A stretch of DNA of 60,032 bases, filler included, from Dugesia japonica (GCA_001938525.1; 5 parts of 5 records of this genome joined end to end with filler, not necessarily neighbours in it), one strand, 5' to 3'; positions 36,150-49,322 are shown, counted from the first letter of the whole stretch. Program-made: numbers and translations. The notes: generated by a model not told the origin, from the letters alone.

Positions 36150-39100
36150 AGAGTTTTCTCGATTAGCAGTGGAGTTTTTGATCCGAAGATTAATAGATTA
36201 TATGATAGGGCTGGTGATATTGAGAGTATTTGAGCAGCTTATTATCTTTTTGCAGAAGTTAAATGACAGCGAATCGTATTTTCTGATATNNNNNNNNNNN
36301 NNNNNNNNNNNNNNNNNNNNNNNNNNNNNNNNNNNNNNNNNNNNNNNNNCTTTAATCATTTTGGTATTTTTAATATGATTTAAGAAGTCCTTGTGATTTG
36401 AGATAAGAACTGAGCCAAGAGGGATATCTTAGTCAGTAATATGGTTGAGAAAGATATTAGCCTGATGTGTGAGAATTTTCCCATTGTAAGATGATTTTTG
36501 AATATTACCAGGAGTAAAACCGATTTACAGGCTGAAGAGAAAGTAGTGGAAGTAGCTACTATTATTCCGGATAGCACATTTGCTATAGAATTTATGGAAT
36601 TAGAGCAGTTACAAGACGCTCAATCTATTATAAATAAATTAGGAAACGAGATCTTTTCAGTTCCCAGATGGGATGTAAACATTAAAAGCATATTGAGTTG
36701 GATGTTGACATTACATACTTCAACTGAAGTTCTAAAAGAGGTAATACCATTAATATTACTGTTGGTTGATAAACCAAGCAGTTATCAAAATGAAATTAGA
36801 ATTTTAATTAGAAAAGATAGGGAAGCCATGAGGCATGATCCTGTCAGACAGGCCCATTTTATTGTTGACACAAGAGTACCCAGTGAGGTGGTACCAAAAA
36901 TAAAGAGATATTCGTGTTTCACAAATGTGTTAAAACTGAAAGCGGGTATCGGAATAACATACCCACAAACGTGTTTGATAGTAATTTGGGGTAATCAAGT
37001 TGATGATCATGTAATCATGTTGGATGTTTACAAACTAAAACTACGCTAGTCAATGTGTTGATAGTAGAGCCATCTGATCACCATTGGACTATGTTGCGCT
37101 TGCCGGAAGTATCCGAGGTTGCACAGAATCAAGAAGCATCAATAGTGTAAGAGACGGAAATGTATATAACTCGACAAAATCAAGAAATGCCAGTGGATTT
37201 GGATGAGCCAGAACCGGTCAATTTACTGAATATACCACAAAAAATATTCTCTGAGAAAGCAAGTGATACCTGAAATGTACAAGGCAACAATCTGGGAGCA
37301 TGCACCTCCAGAGAATTAGAAAAGAGAAGACAACCAAGAGTTAAAAAGAGAGGTAGACCGAAAAAGAATACTAATTCTTAGCCGGTGGACATAAATCCGA
37401 GCCAGGGCATTAAAAGCCATATTTGGTGAAATATATCAAGGGAATATAGGGAATGAACCAGCAATGTCAGATACATGCTGTAAAATTCTGCAATTAATCA
37501 GAGTATTAAAACCCGAGTTAAAAATTGAAAAAGTTGGACGTTGGGATCCAAGCAAATTAGCCTTGTCACTAAAGACAGTTATTAGAAAGTAACTAAGGAA
37601 GTTGCCTGATAAAAATAAAAGGAACACAATTCATACGTTACCTGCTCAAGGTATTACAAATGGGTGAGTTTGTTTTCAGAGCAAACTGGCTGGGATATTC
37701 ACATATCCACAAGCTTATTCGCGTATCGTAACAAAGCACATTCAATTACATGTTATTTACCGTTTTATTTGATGGATCTGAGAAATAGCAACATGCCGGT
37801 GGATCTTGAATTTCAAACACCATTATCGCAGTACCTTGATGAGAGCAAGTATCTGCTCGAATTGAAAGATAGGATGCAAATAACTTGGCCAAAAGCTAAC
37901 TTAAGTATTAGATATTCGCAAAAAGGAATGAAAGAGGCATTTGATAAAAAGACTAAACAGCACGAATATAAAATGCAAGATTTAGTAATGCTCGAAGGGC
38001 ATAATAATACAAAAGGTTTGTCACTGAAATTGATACGAAATTATAAGGGACCTTATGAGGTACTAAAAACGACAGAAACTAATTTAGGCTTACAATTGTG
38101 TTCTAACAGAAAAACGGAACCTATACTAGTACATGTAAATAGGTGCAAAAGGTATTATACAATTGATGAGCAAGTTAAAAACAAAGAGACAAAAGTCAAG
38201 GAAAAGACAAAAAGGTCTTCAACAAACATTCAAGAATCTTGCAATAGATATCCACTAAGATCACAAACGTATTCGCAAACATTGATAATTATTGCAATAA
38301 TCAGTTGTCTTAATGTGGTCAGTGCGCAGATAGAATTTCAACCCAAAGCAGTACCTATGGAGAAAATAATATTACGTAGATGGTATTACAAATTCTCTAT
38401 AAGGACAACGGTCGAATTGACATTTAATTACCACATAGGGTTTATTTCCGATGGAANAGTGACAAATTACAAGAAAGAACACAGGAATAGAGAGGTTAAT
38501 ATAACTAATTTAAAGGCTAACTATACCCATTCTATGCAGTGTTGGTATCAGTAATTCAAATCCGTATATTGGGAGACTGTACGAACCACCGGATGGTATC
38601 TTACGACTTTGCCAATAAACAAAGTAGTAATATCGTACAAAAAATCATGTCTATTTTTCACGAAAGTACATACAGAGNNNNNNNNNNNNNNNNNNNNNNN
38701 NNNNNNNNNNNNNNNNNNNNNNNNNNNNNNNNNNNNNNNNNNNNNNNNTATCGGGAGAGGGTTTTTTGGACTCAACTCTGATATAAAAATTAGATATTAT
38801 CGACAGCAAGAGGGATCAACAGCCACATATATGGTATGCTCAGAAAAAAACTTAGTAAAAAACCAATTTCCAGAAAATTAAATGCAAATTTCTGGAATAG
38901 AATTAAAATATATCAGATAAATGTTAGCTTGGAAAAGGCAGCACTTAAAATTGCCTTAGCACAGTGTAATTGTTCTACTTCGACTCCGTTAAATAACAAG
39001 GCTAACAGCAAGATGCAAAAACGTATCCAGATGATAGTAGGTGGACCCTGAACAAAGGAATGCAGTACCATCGTACATTTGCTCTATCTTCCAAAGTTTA

Positions 39101-39700
39101 TGCAGACATTGAATCCGGCGATCCTTTTGTAATTTCGCACCGATACGGAACAAATGTTGCTCTTGACCCATTGGCTATGGATTCAATTATAGAAGAAGGT
39201 CCTAGCCTTAGAACGGAAGACCTGTCTAAAGTGGACACTTTAAGTAAATCTAGAGATCCAAATCTTTGGCAAAAACAAGTTGCCAAGTTTAAATGACCAA
39301 TTCAATATTACTGTGATCGTCCGGTCCAACACACAGCTATTACGGAATCCCACCTCGATAAAAATCGTTTGGAAGTCAGTGGACAACCATTTATCAATTC
39401 GCCATCTGTGTATGTGTACGAACATACAGAAGTCCCTTTCGTTGTAACTCCCAGATTTACCAAGCGAAAGAAAAAATTAGTAAAGGAAATTCTTAATAAA
39501 GTAGAAGAAAATTCAAAAAGGAAGAAATTAATTCCTTGTGTATCCAAACAGAATAAAGAAACTGAAAAGAACGAAGAAGGAATTTCCTAGAAGAAGTCTC
39601 AATCAAAGAAGAAGAAGATCCTCAAGTGAGCACTAGTCCGTCGAGGCTATGATCCGCTCTACTCAACATCTCGAACACTAGCATGTAATGATATGAACCG
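36150..39700 (+). mobile_element. Second, diverged giant Gypsy-type element with a large internal deletion: Ubl-like, AT-hook, start of Bcl-2-like region // integrase C-terminus, signal-peptide ORF
   Basis: KRGRPKK at 37346-37366. ILQLIRVLKPELKI...LRKLP resembles IRQLLLMLYLELKI...IKKFP of the minus element. WDIHISTSLFAYR...NMPVDLEFQ resembles WDKHIQLCLFAYR...NMPIDLEFQ. Also GPY and VHVNRCK. Confidence 0.75.
37664..38554 (+). pseudogene. Integrase C-terminus fused in frame to a signal-peptide-led unknown protein
   Basis: YKGPYEV and VHVNRCKRYY, then RYPLRS-QTYSQ-TLIIIAIISCLNVVSA-QIEF. Confidence 0.7.
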
Positions 39701-39875
39701 TTCGAGCAATATTCGANAACAATCAATAAACAATTAATCTGATTTTTTTTGTGATCCAATTGCAGTTTATATGTATATATTTGACATTTTTAATTGTGTG
39801 CTATGTGATTTGAACTATTAATCATCATTAGTGTTTTGTACAAATAATATATTTTACTATTCATCGCTTATTTTT

Positions 39876-39975
39876 NNNNNNNNNNNNNNNNNNNNNNNNN
39901 NNNNNNNNNNNNNNNNNNNTTAATTAATTAANNNNNNNNNNNNNNNNNNNNNNNNNNNNNNNNNNNNNNNNNNNN
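39876..39975. other. Artificial scaffold spacer
   Basis: 44N-TTAATTAATTAA-44N. Confidence 0.95.
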
Positions 39976-40097
39976 ATAAAATATATCTTTTTTTCTAGTT
40001 TAATAATTCTTAAAAAGAATTTAAGTTTAAAGTTGTGCTAAGAATCAAATTTCCAATAGACTTTTTTAAACAAATTATAAATTGTCAAAAAACTAAC

Positions 40098-43000
40098 CCT
40101 TATTTGGAGGTTGTGTTGGTATTTGACCGAATAATGAATAATCACTACCGACTTTTGATTTATTATTATGACCAGGCCGATAAGTAGATTCATTTTCATT
40201 TTGCGATATTGAGATTGGTTCATTATTAAACTCTCGATTAGTTGGAAATTCTTTCAATGTGTTATATTTATTGGGTAGTGTGGATGACACTAAACTGTTG
40301 CTATGAGACTTCAAATTAGAGTTATTATCGGAAGAAATCGAATTATGGTTATTATATGGAGGCATTATAATAGGAACCATACTACTATTTGAAAATGGAT
40401 TAGGATCTAAATAATAAATAAATTCAACTTCATTAAAAACAGTTTAAATAATAAAAACTAAAAATGGCAACAGCATAAAGAAACTATTTGCATGATTTCA
40501 CAAAGCAATAATGTTAAATTAGATAGTTAATGTAATAACAATGGAATTGTTAATCGTTAAACTTATCTGATAATGGGGGTGATATAATTAAAGTTAAATG
40601 GTAAATATATTATAAGAAATAACTTATATTTCTAACAAAATCTAATTTCTGAAAAGGTTTTGTGAAATATTTGATCACTAAAATTACNACTAAAACAATT
40701 AAACATTAGATTATTGTTTAGAAACTAAACCAAGTTTTTCTTAAAAATTCGTTGTTAACATTACAAATTAAAAGAATACTTTCACAATTCAGAGAAAACT
40801 ATAAGAAATTTTTAATATGAATTTCGAATTTCAATGCTTGGAGATAGAAAATATGTTAGACATAATTTTATAAAGGATCAATTAATTTACTACAGAATTA
40901 TCATTTCATTAAAAAAAATCATGAAATATAACATTTATNNNNNNNNNNNNNNNNNNNNNNNNNNNNNNNNNNNNNNNNNNNNNNNNNNNNNNNNNNNNNN
41001 NNNNNNNCAATTTAGCGCTTTGCATGAGTTGTCTCACCTTTGGCAGTTTCTTCACTTTGTCTTTTCATTGTAGCTGTTAACGACATCATTAAAAGTGTTT
41101 TGCCACTTGTTAATTCTTTGGGTTCTTGCTGTAGAGGGTGAGAATTTTTATCTGCCTTTGAGACTGAATCAAAGGCTGCCAATTTTTTTTCTTTAAACAT
41201 TGAAATATTTTATATTATATCATTTGTAAGAAAAAAATTCAATAAATTAAGAGAGAACTAGCAAGTGTTTATTAAATATTGAAGAAATAAGCTTATTTTC
41301 TTTCAGTTCTCACATAAAGGCGTGACTTATCAGATAAATAAGTAAACCGCAAAAATGTATCACACGTATTAATAGTTATTCATCCACATTTCAACTGAAT
41401 AAAATGACGCTATTTGATGAAAAAGTTTGCATTTCGCTGAACGTACAAATTTTGATAAATCATATATTTATGATATCATTATCCTCCATTTATAAATTTT
41501 TATAGTTAAGATTTATGTATAAGTTGTAATGTTATTTCGGAATGGCTGGTTTATTGTTTTAACTTAGCATTAGTATCCTGAGTGTTTTCCACTGTTGGGT
41601 ATATGAGCACCCCAACTTTTATTTTTGTTAAATTAAGCATTTAAGTAAAATAAACATGAAGTTGTACTCATTTATTTGGTAAAGGCGTGTAGAATTATAC
41701 ACATGATTATATAATACATAAATATGTCAAAGCAATACACAACCAAATTTATAAAAAATCATTACAGTATATCCTTTTACTTATAAATATCTTAAATTAT
41801 AGATACTGAATAAAATTAATTTTCAAATTAATTTTAAAATATATGCTAAAACAAATCGTATTCAATAATTACGAAACTAAACTATCTTATTGATGGTACA
41901 AAAATTTAAAATGCCTCCATATTTTGGTTTCTATTAACTATACATAGTTTTTCTATATTTGACAATACAGAACTCAATTGACAAAGTGGATATATTTTAT
42001 ATGTGATGTATTAATCATCATCACCCTGATCCATGTCTTGATATTGTGCTTAATATAAATGGCAAAACTTGTCATGTTCTTTAAACGTATGTTTATATCC
42101 GAAATATTCAGAAGAGTACAGAAAACAGCCATTGGTCAACTATGGGTATTTTTTGAAGTGCTATATACGACTGTCATTTGATTGATCATATCAATGCTTT
42201 CTTAAATTGCATTGTAGAAGGTGAGCATTTCAGATATCCTGTTACCATAAGAATTTGGGCTAAATTATTAGCCCTAATGCATGCTGCTGACAAGAACGAT
42301 ATTTTCTTCTCACTATACCTGAGTATGAAATCAATTTCATTTTCTTTGTGTTTGTTATGTGTTTTCTAGTTTTATATGTTTATTTATTTTAACTTATTGT
42401 TACTTTATGTTTGTTGTGAATTTGTTTGTACATGTTTCTTATATTTTATATAATTGTGCTCACAACATAAACCCAAAATAAAAAACGGAGGAAAAACACT
42501 GTTATATTCTTGATAAATTGTATTACAACACTCTATCCCAATAATTTTTAAATTGTACAGAAAAAAATTTTAAATTTGTAATATCAACATTTGCATTACA
42601 CTTATTTTTATTTATATGCTCGATAATAGTACTACGACTACCAATTTTTAGTTCTTTAGATTTGAATTTGGGTTTTCGTTTTTACAATTTAGATTTTTAA
42701 TTTCATAGAATTTCATTTTTAGGTTTTAAAACTTAAAATGTTGAATTTTTATTATAGCCATTTAATATTCAGTATAATTGCGTAAATCATTGTTTGAATA
42801 ATACAAACTGAATAATTTCATATTTTCATTTTGTCTTGGGATGACAGTTGATCCGTTGAAATATTAAACAATAAAGTTTTATTGTAAAAAGCGTTATTTA
42901 ATTTTTTATTAAACACTTTATATAGTGAAGTAAACAAAATACATTCAATAATCGCAAGTATAACTATGTTATTCTTATTGAGCGTACAAAATTAAAAATA

Positions 43001-46000
43001 TCTCAATATTTTGCTTTTAAATGGGACTAATATACTATATTTGTTTATATAGAACTCAATTTATAAGTCGGACTTATTCTAAATCAGTGGTTCTCAACCT
43101 TCCTAATGTCGCGATCCTTTAATGTAGTTTTTCATGCTGTTGTGACTTCAAACAAAAAATATTTTCTTTGCCACTTTATAACAGTAATTTTGCTACTTTG
43201 ATGAACCGTGACATACAGTATATATTTTCATTATTCTAAATTGTATATTATATNNNNNNNNNNNNNNNNNNNNNNNNNNNNNNNNNNTGACATCATTATG
43301 TGTTTATTGGTACAAAATTGACAACAAAAACTATTTGAGAATTATGTTCAATAATCAACAAGCTTTATACCTTGAGACAGATAGAAAAAAGATATCTCAA
43401 TTCTTAAGATCTGAGTGTTTTTATATGGTCTTAGGCGCCCTCCGTGAAAGCGTCATTTGACCAACAGGTTAAGAACCACTGTTCTAAATTTGTTATTTTA
43501 ATTCAAGCAATTGAAAACCAAAGTATGTGTAAATTAGCTGATGAATATCAATTTCTTTTATATAAAAGTGATTTTGGTCATAAATTAGACATAATCACTA
43601 CGTCTTTTTATTCAAAAATAAAGTTTTCATCTGAAAGAGTTAGTTGGAAATTTATTTATAGTTTTATTAAACTATTATCATTAACTAACTGATTATATTT
43701 TAAATTATTGTAAAGTTTTCTTACTTAATTAAATTAAAGATATATTTGACATTTTACGAAACTTCGAATCTAAGAAAAACATTGCTTTATATGACAAAAT
43801 TGTAAAAATAAGAATGTAATCACAAAAAATGAAATTCTACGGGAAAGTTTCACTCTTATTGAAGNNNNAATGATAATTGTATTCTCAATATGATTATATT
43901 ATGGTTAAAGAATTTAATCAGGAAAAAACATACAAAATATTATCTTTACTAATAAAGAACGTTAAAAAACTATAACGTAAATATATTAGAAATATACACT
44001 TACTATCTCCAGATTTTATGCTTAACTGAGCTTCTGAGATGTTATCTTGATTTCCGTAACTATGAATATCCTGTTTGATAAAATTGTATGAATCGCCTGA
44101 ATTCCTAGTAGAAGATTTAACAAAATTTTCTTCTGGAAAGATATTGTTTTTTTTTGGCAATCGATCATTTCTCGAATAATCAGGATCATTCTCTATAGAA
44201 TAGAAGTGATATGTAGAAAAATATATCCAAGAAATTATATGATTTTTCAGATGAAATTATCATATGATTGATTTTGAAAATCAAAAAGAATTTCTTTCAG
44301 CATTTTAAAGGAGCATTTTGTGATGTCAATTATATTTTTTATATAAATCGTTGTTTAAAAAGAACATAATTGTGACCATTGTAATGGTTTAAATTAAATT
44401 TATTAAATGCATGATTGTTATTGGTTTGATTGGGTATAATAAATTGGCGTTAACAAACAATTTTTGAAATGATTGTAAAATTAAAATTGACGCTTTGAGT
44501 TAGAGGTAAAATTTGATTTGAGTCATATAAGTTTTGAACTTATTTTATAAACAACTCAAATCAATAAACCAATTAGTTTTTGGTGTTTTTATTTAAAAAC
44601 ATCTCATTAAACTGAAATACACTAATACCTCGCTTTATGGCCTAGATATATTCCAGGAGAGTTGGCCACAAATCGAAAAGCCGTATAAACAATCAATTAT
44701 TTTGATACAAACCTATAAAAATCCAATATCATCCGTTCCAATTTTTCTAAAACAACGTAGTTTTATGTTTAAAGAGCATATTTTTTTTCTTTTTATTTCT
44801 TTTAAAAATGCGGCCGTATAGCGAGGTATGAGTGCATACGTTTCTATCACCCGAAACGAGTTTTTCCCAAGCTTGTATTTATGTTTATAGCAGCGAAATG
44901 GTGTAGAGTAAAACTTGGCAGTAATTATTTGTACCCTTTGAAACCCTGATTAACTAATACTGAAGAAAGTGTTGTAAAAATGTAAATATATTCTATAAAA
45001 CACATTCCATAAATTTTAAATATGGTAAAAGATGTAAATATGTAATATAAATATAAAATATAAAAAGGATATATTAATCAAAATGAAAATGTTGATTTAT
45101 ACCCTAGCTTTTGATGGGATAGTATAGTTTTTTAAATATTACAATTATTCTTATTTCTTCTTAGTAACGCGCATATTATGTATATCGCGGAACTAGTGTT
45201 TTGAAATGAAAATGTTAAGATAACGTGAATCTAGAGATGTTATACTTCTTATATAAAAGATAACTATTTATTTTTTCTTTTAATGCACTTTTCGTATAGA
45301 TAATCCACGCGTTATCAATTGTAAAATATTTATGCGAATTTCTTTTAAAAAAAGTATCATTGTAACTAAAATTCAAAAANNNNNNNNNNNNNNNNNNNNN
45401 NNNNNNNNNNNNNNNNNNNNNNNNNNNNNNNNNNNNNGTAAATTAGTCTTGGTGATATTAGATAGTAAATATATTGATTAATTATTACTTTAAAAGAAAT
45501 TCAAAAATCAATATTTTTGCATAAGACTTGATTTAAAATATAAAAATTTGAAATAATAGAAACTGAAATCATTTAAAATTTATTGTTTCGATTTGTTTCG
45601 ACAATGTTTACATTATCTTTACACAAATTAGTGCCAATGAATGTAAAATTGTTGTTATGATCTTATTTAAAATCTTATTTACACAACACATCATATAATC
45701 AATTAAACAATAACTGGAGATTAATTAAAAATACTCAATAAAGATCCGTGGTTTGGTTAACATAAAATGTAATAATCAACTCAGCACGAATGATTATTAT
45801 CAAATAATCTATAAAGCTTCTGCTTAGAATTTTAAATTTACCTTTAATTCAAGAATTCTAATTAGTTTTATGTTCAGATGTTACTGTCTCCTTGAAATAT
45901 AATCTTGTGTAAGAAATAAGATTATTTTACAACTACAATTATTACGAGAATAATTGTTGGACGTAACCATTGATCGTTTTTCAGAATTCATTTAATGTAA

Positions 46001-47026
46001 ACATCGATCGATTCTTTTTTTCTTTTTGATAATAATTCGAATTTCGAAGGAAAAGGCTATCTATATTCCAAGAAATGAATATAATAGATTTTACAACTAC
46101 AATTATTACGAGAATAATTGTTGGACATAACAATTGATCGTTTTTCAGAATTCATTAAAATATAAACATCGATCAAAATTTATTTTTGTTTTCGATACTA
46201 ATTCTAATTCTCGACTTTGTCTTCATCAGGAAAAATCAAAAGCCGAAAATTATAATTATTATCAAAAACAAAAATATTTTGATCGAAGATTTTATATTTT
46301 AATGAAAGCTACACTATATTATCAGTAAAANTAAAAATGATAGACCAAAATGTTTAATTTTCTTTATTTTAGTTAGTTTTCAAATTTTTAAAAAATACTA
46401 TCAGAAATTTGAAAAAAAAGAAAGAAAATTAAGCATTTTTATGTTATTTCTTTAAATGAAAATACAAATATATAAATAATTTAGAAAAAATTGTAATACT
46501 TCAAAAGCTTAATTATAGTTCACATATTGTCAGTCTCAAGGAAAAAAATAATAGAAAAGTTTGTTTTGAATATTCAAAAAAAATTTTACTTTTACTACTC
46601 TGAAAATTTATCAATTTATCGAAAGAAATCGTTTTGAAGAAAACTACATAAAAATTTGATTAAAGATCAAAGAAATATTAAAAAATAAAAAATATAAGAT
46701 ATTAAATATATTGCATTAATATATAATTAAAAATTAGTAATTCTTAATAACTAATTAAAAGTATTTTACCAAATGGGTTGACTGAAGCTGTCGGATTAAA
46801 ACTGAAATTGGATGAAGTTTCAATGTCACTTGAATCTGGAGTAATTTTACAATCTGATAAGGTAGGCTTTGATTTCTTTTTATGGCCAATTTTTAAATTA
46901 AGAAAGCTTGAAGATTTTTTTTGTTTTTCTGGTTTATTAAGAGTATTGTGAGAACCAAAATTACTAATAGAATCTGGATTTTTAATTTCTAAATTAGTCT
47001 TTGATGAACCAAGTTTATGCTTTGAT
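40098..47026 (-). CDS. Host multi-exon gene (partial), Ser/Asn-rich disordered protein with NPF motifs; exons 47026-46770, 44192-44004, 40406-40098; possible alternative first exon 41200-41038
   Basis: All three exons are open, have AG/GT boundaries and are phase-1 compatible: ...ASVNPF|ENDPDY...KSGD|NPNPFSNSSMVP. Confidence 0.7.
42075..42245 (-). mobile_element. piggyBac-like transposase C-terminal scrap
   Basis: Frameshifted EMLTFYN...ID..NQMTVVYS...*PMAVFCTLLNIS, resembling piggyBac YNxTKxGVDxxDQ...RWPxxxF. Confidence 0.55.
43085..43481. mobile_element. hAT non-autonomous element, SPIN/URR1-like
   Basis: TIRs CAGTGGTTCTCAACCT / AGGTTAAGAACCACTG. Perfect 8-bp TSD TTCTAAAT (43077-43084 and 43482-43489). 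Subterminal blocks resemble the URR1/SPIN MITE as I recall it. Confidence 0.85.
44619..44836. mobile_element. MITE with ~25-bp TIRs
   Basis: acactaatacctcgctttatggcc is inverted relative to ggccgtatagcgaggtatgagtgc. Confidence 0.65.
45925..46175. repeat. Local direct duplication (~85 bp, period ~165)
   Basis: ttttacaactacaattattacgagaataattgttggac occurs at ~45925 and ~46089. Confidence 0.8.
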
Positions 47027-48278
47027 CTAAAAATTAAAATTATTCAAATAAATAAAGACCTTGTAAATTATATTTAAATCTATATTTTAACACGATGTGA
47101 TTTCTTTTCTTTATGATAAAATATGTATTATCAACCAAAATAACCATTACATCTCAAAGTGCGAAAAATGCAAATTAATTTTTTCTTTAAAGTTTCAATG
47201 TTAATCATCATCACAAAATTGATATTTTTAGAATATGTACTTCAGGTGCATAAAAAATATTTCACCGATAATTAATTATAAGCTTATCATTTATAGAACC
47301 TATATTTACATAGAAAATGTGAAAATTTTCTTAAATGTTTTCGAAAAAACCGTCAAACACATTAAAAATGATCACTTTCTATGCACTCATTATGCTGATT
47401 TAATGAATGATAAAATTATTAGTATTCATACTATTAAACATCCTAGAATATTTGAATCTATGCTTGCATATTTTTGTTAAATAAAAATTATTTTTTGAAA
47501 TCTATTGTTGAAAACAAACAGTAGATAAAATCCTGATAAAATTATGTTATTCCTGATATAATAGTAAAAGATCCTAAGAAGAATTTCAATAAAGTTCACG
47601 TACTTTAAAAAACTGCAATGTCACTATTTATGCCCATTTATTGTATCAACCATTTCAAGGTTTATTTTAACTTCTCCTTTGTTGACTACTATCAAACTTT
47701 TACTGACCTCCCAAAATAGAATTATGTCAAAAAAATTCAACCCTCCATACAAACTAACCATATTAAATTTTAATTAATAATACAAATCATTTTAAACTCT
47801 TTTATTTGTTGAATAAAACTTGACATTCTCATTTAATTAATTCGAAATAAGTTGGTGTTAAAAACTTTTCATAAATGACGTCATTTCGGAATATCGCTAT
47901 TGTTAAACTCATTCAACCCCTCTTTCCCAATTTCGTTGACATAATTAATGAACGCCCCTATTGGGTATCTTCAACTAATACTCGTGTATTGATTAATTTA
48001 TTAATTCATACTTTGAGTAAAAAGAAATTTGGTTATTATTTTAAATTTACTTGAAAATGACCGGACTTCGTTGAAATACGTCATGAAGATAAATTTGAAA
48101 TAAAACACGATTTTCTACCATTTTCAAGTATAATTAATTTTTAATGTTTACCAAACTTTAAATCATTTCCAAAAACTTGTTCATTTCTTAATTTAACTTC
48201 AATTTTAAAAGTTTAATAATTTTGGTACTTTCAATTTATCCGGAGTCATTTTTTTAAAATATTATTTATTCGTCATAT

Positions 48279-48378
48279 NNNNNNNNNNNNNNNNNNNNNN
48301 NNNNNNNNNNNNNNNNNNNNNNTTAATTAATTAANNNNNNNNNNNNNNNNNNNNNNNNNNNNNNNNNNNNNNNNNNNN
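48279..48378. other. Artificial scaffold spacer
   Basis: 44N-TTAATTAATTAA-44N. Confidence 0.95.
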
Positions 48379-48403
48379 CATACTATTTGTCGAACAAGAC
48401 CAT

Positions 48404-49322
48404 ATGTGCCCCTTATGTTATGAAAGCCTTGCTATGCCACGATTAGCCCAATCTGGTTACTATTTTTGTATAACCCAGTATTTCGATATTACCTTGTCAC
48501 AAATTATCCCCTGCCCCTCATGTAAAGCTTACAAAATCCACCGTCAAAATCTTGTCCGTGCTGAGATTCGCGATTTACAAGTGCCAGTAATAGGTACAAT
48601 TACCCTTTACCTTATTAATAAAACTGCCGCAAAACAACAATCTTCGGTTTGCCTATTTAACACCTCAAATACAGCAGCTAGATATTCCCGACAGAAGTGA
48701 CCCTATTAGTGAATTCGTTAATGTATGTACGCAACGCGACGCCAGTTCTCTAAAGCAAATAAACGATGACATCCGCTCAGTCAGTTATGGACTCTTATCA
48801 CCAAAACAAAAAAGTAGATTGCTCCAATTACTCAAGAGTGAGAGGTTCTATTTTTCGGATAACGTTAAACTTTTGAATAAATAAGAGTTTCACCAAATAT
48901 TCACAGATGGAATAAAAAATGGAGATAAACACAACCTACTTGTTAATAATATTGAACCACGGTATGGTTCACATTTTTACCAAATGGCGAAATACCTAAG
49001 AACCTTTCTAAATTATGAAAAAACTAAGATATTTCTACACAATGCCCCGGAGGACATTCCTTTTTGCATAGGAGGATATATAGAAGCTATAACAACGTTA
49101 ATTATTGACAAATCACAACACCCTAATACCTGCTTTACATTCCTACCAGATGGACTTCTCATTCAAATTGTCTCAGTAAAAACAGACTCAGTCTCCACCC
49201 CTAAGTACCTTGATGCCCTTAGTTTTTTACACATCCATGCCAGACAAACAAGAGCGACAATAGAATCCGAAACCAAAAGACTTCAAGCCATAGCAGAGGA
49301 AAGTATGGCTCGAAAAGGATAA
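48404..49322 (+). pseudogene. Degenerate RING-finger-like ORF plus downstream unknown coding remnants, intronless
   Basis: CPLC-x9-SGYYFC...CPSC resembles a decayed C3HC4 RING. Higher-GC coding-like sequence continues to 49322. Confidence 0.5.
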
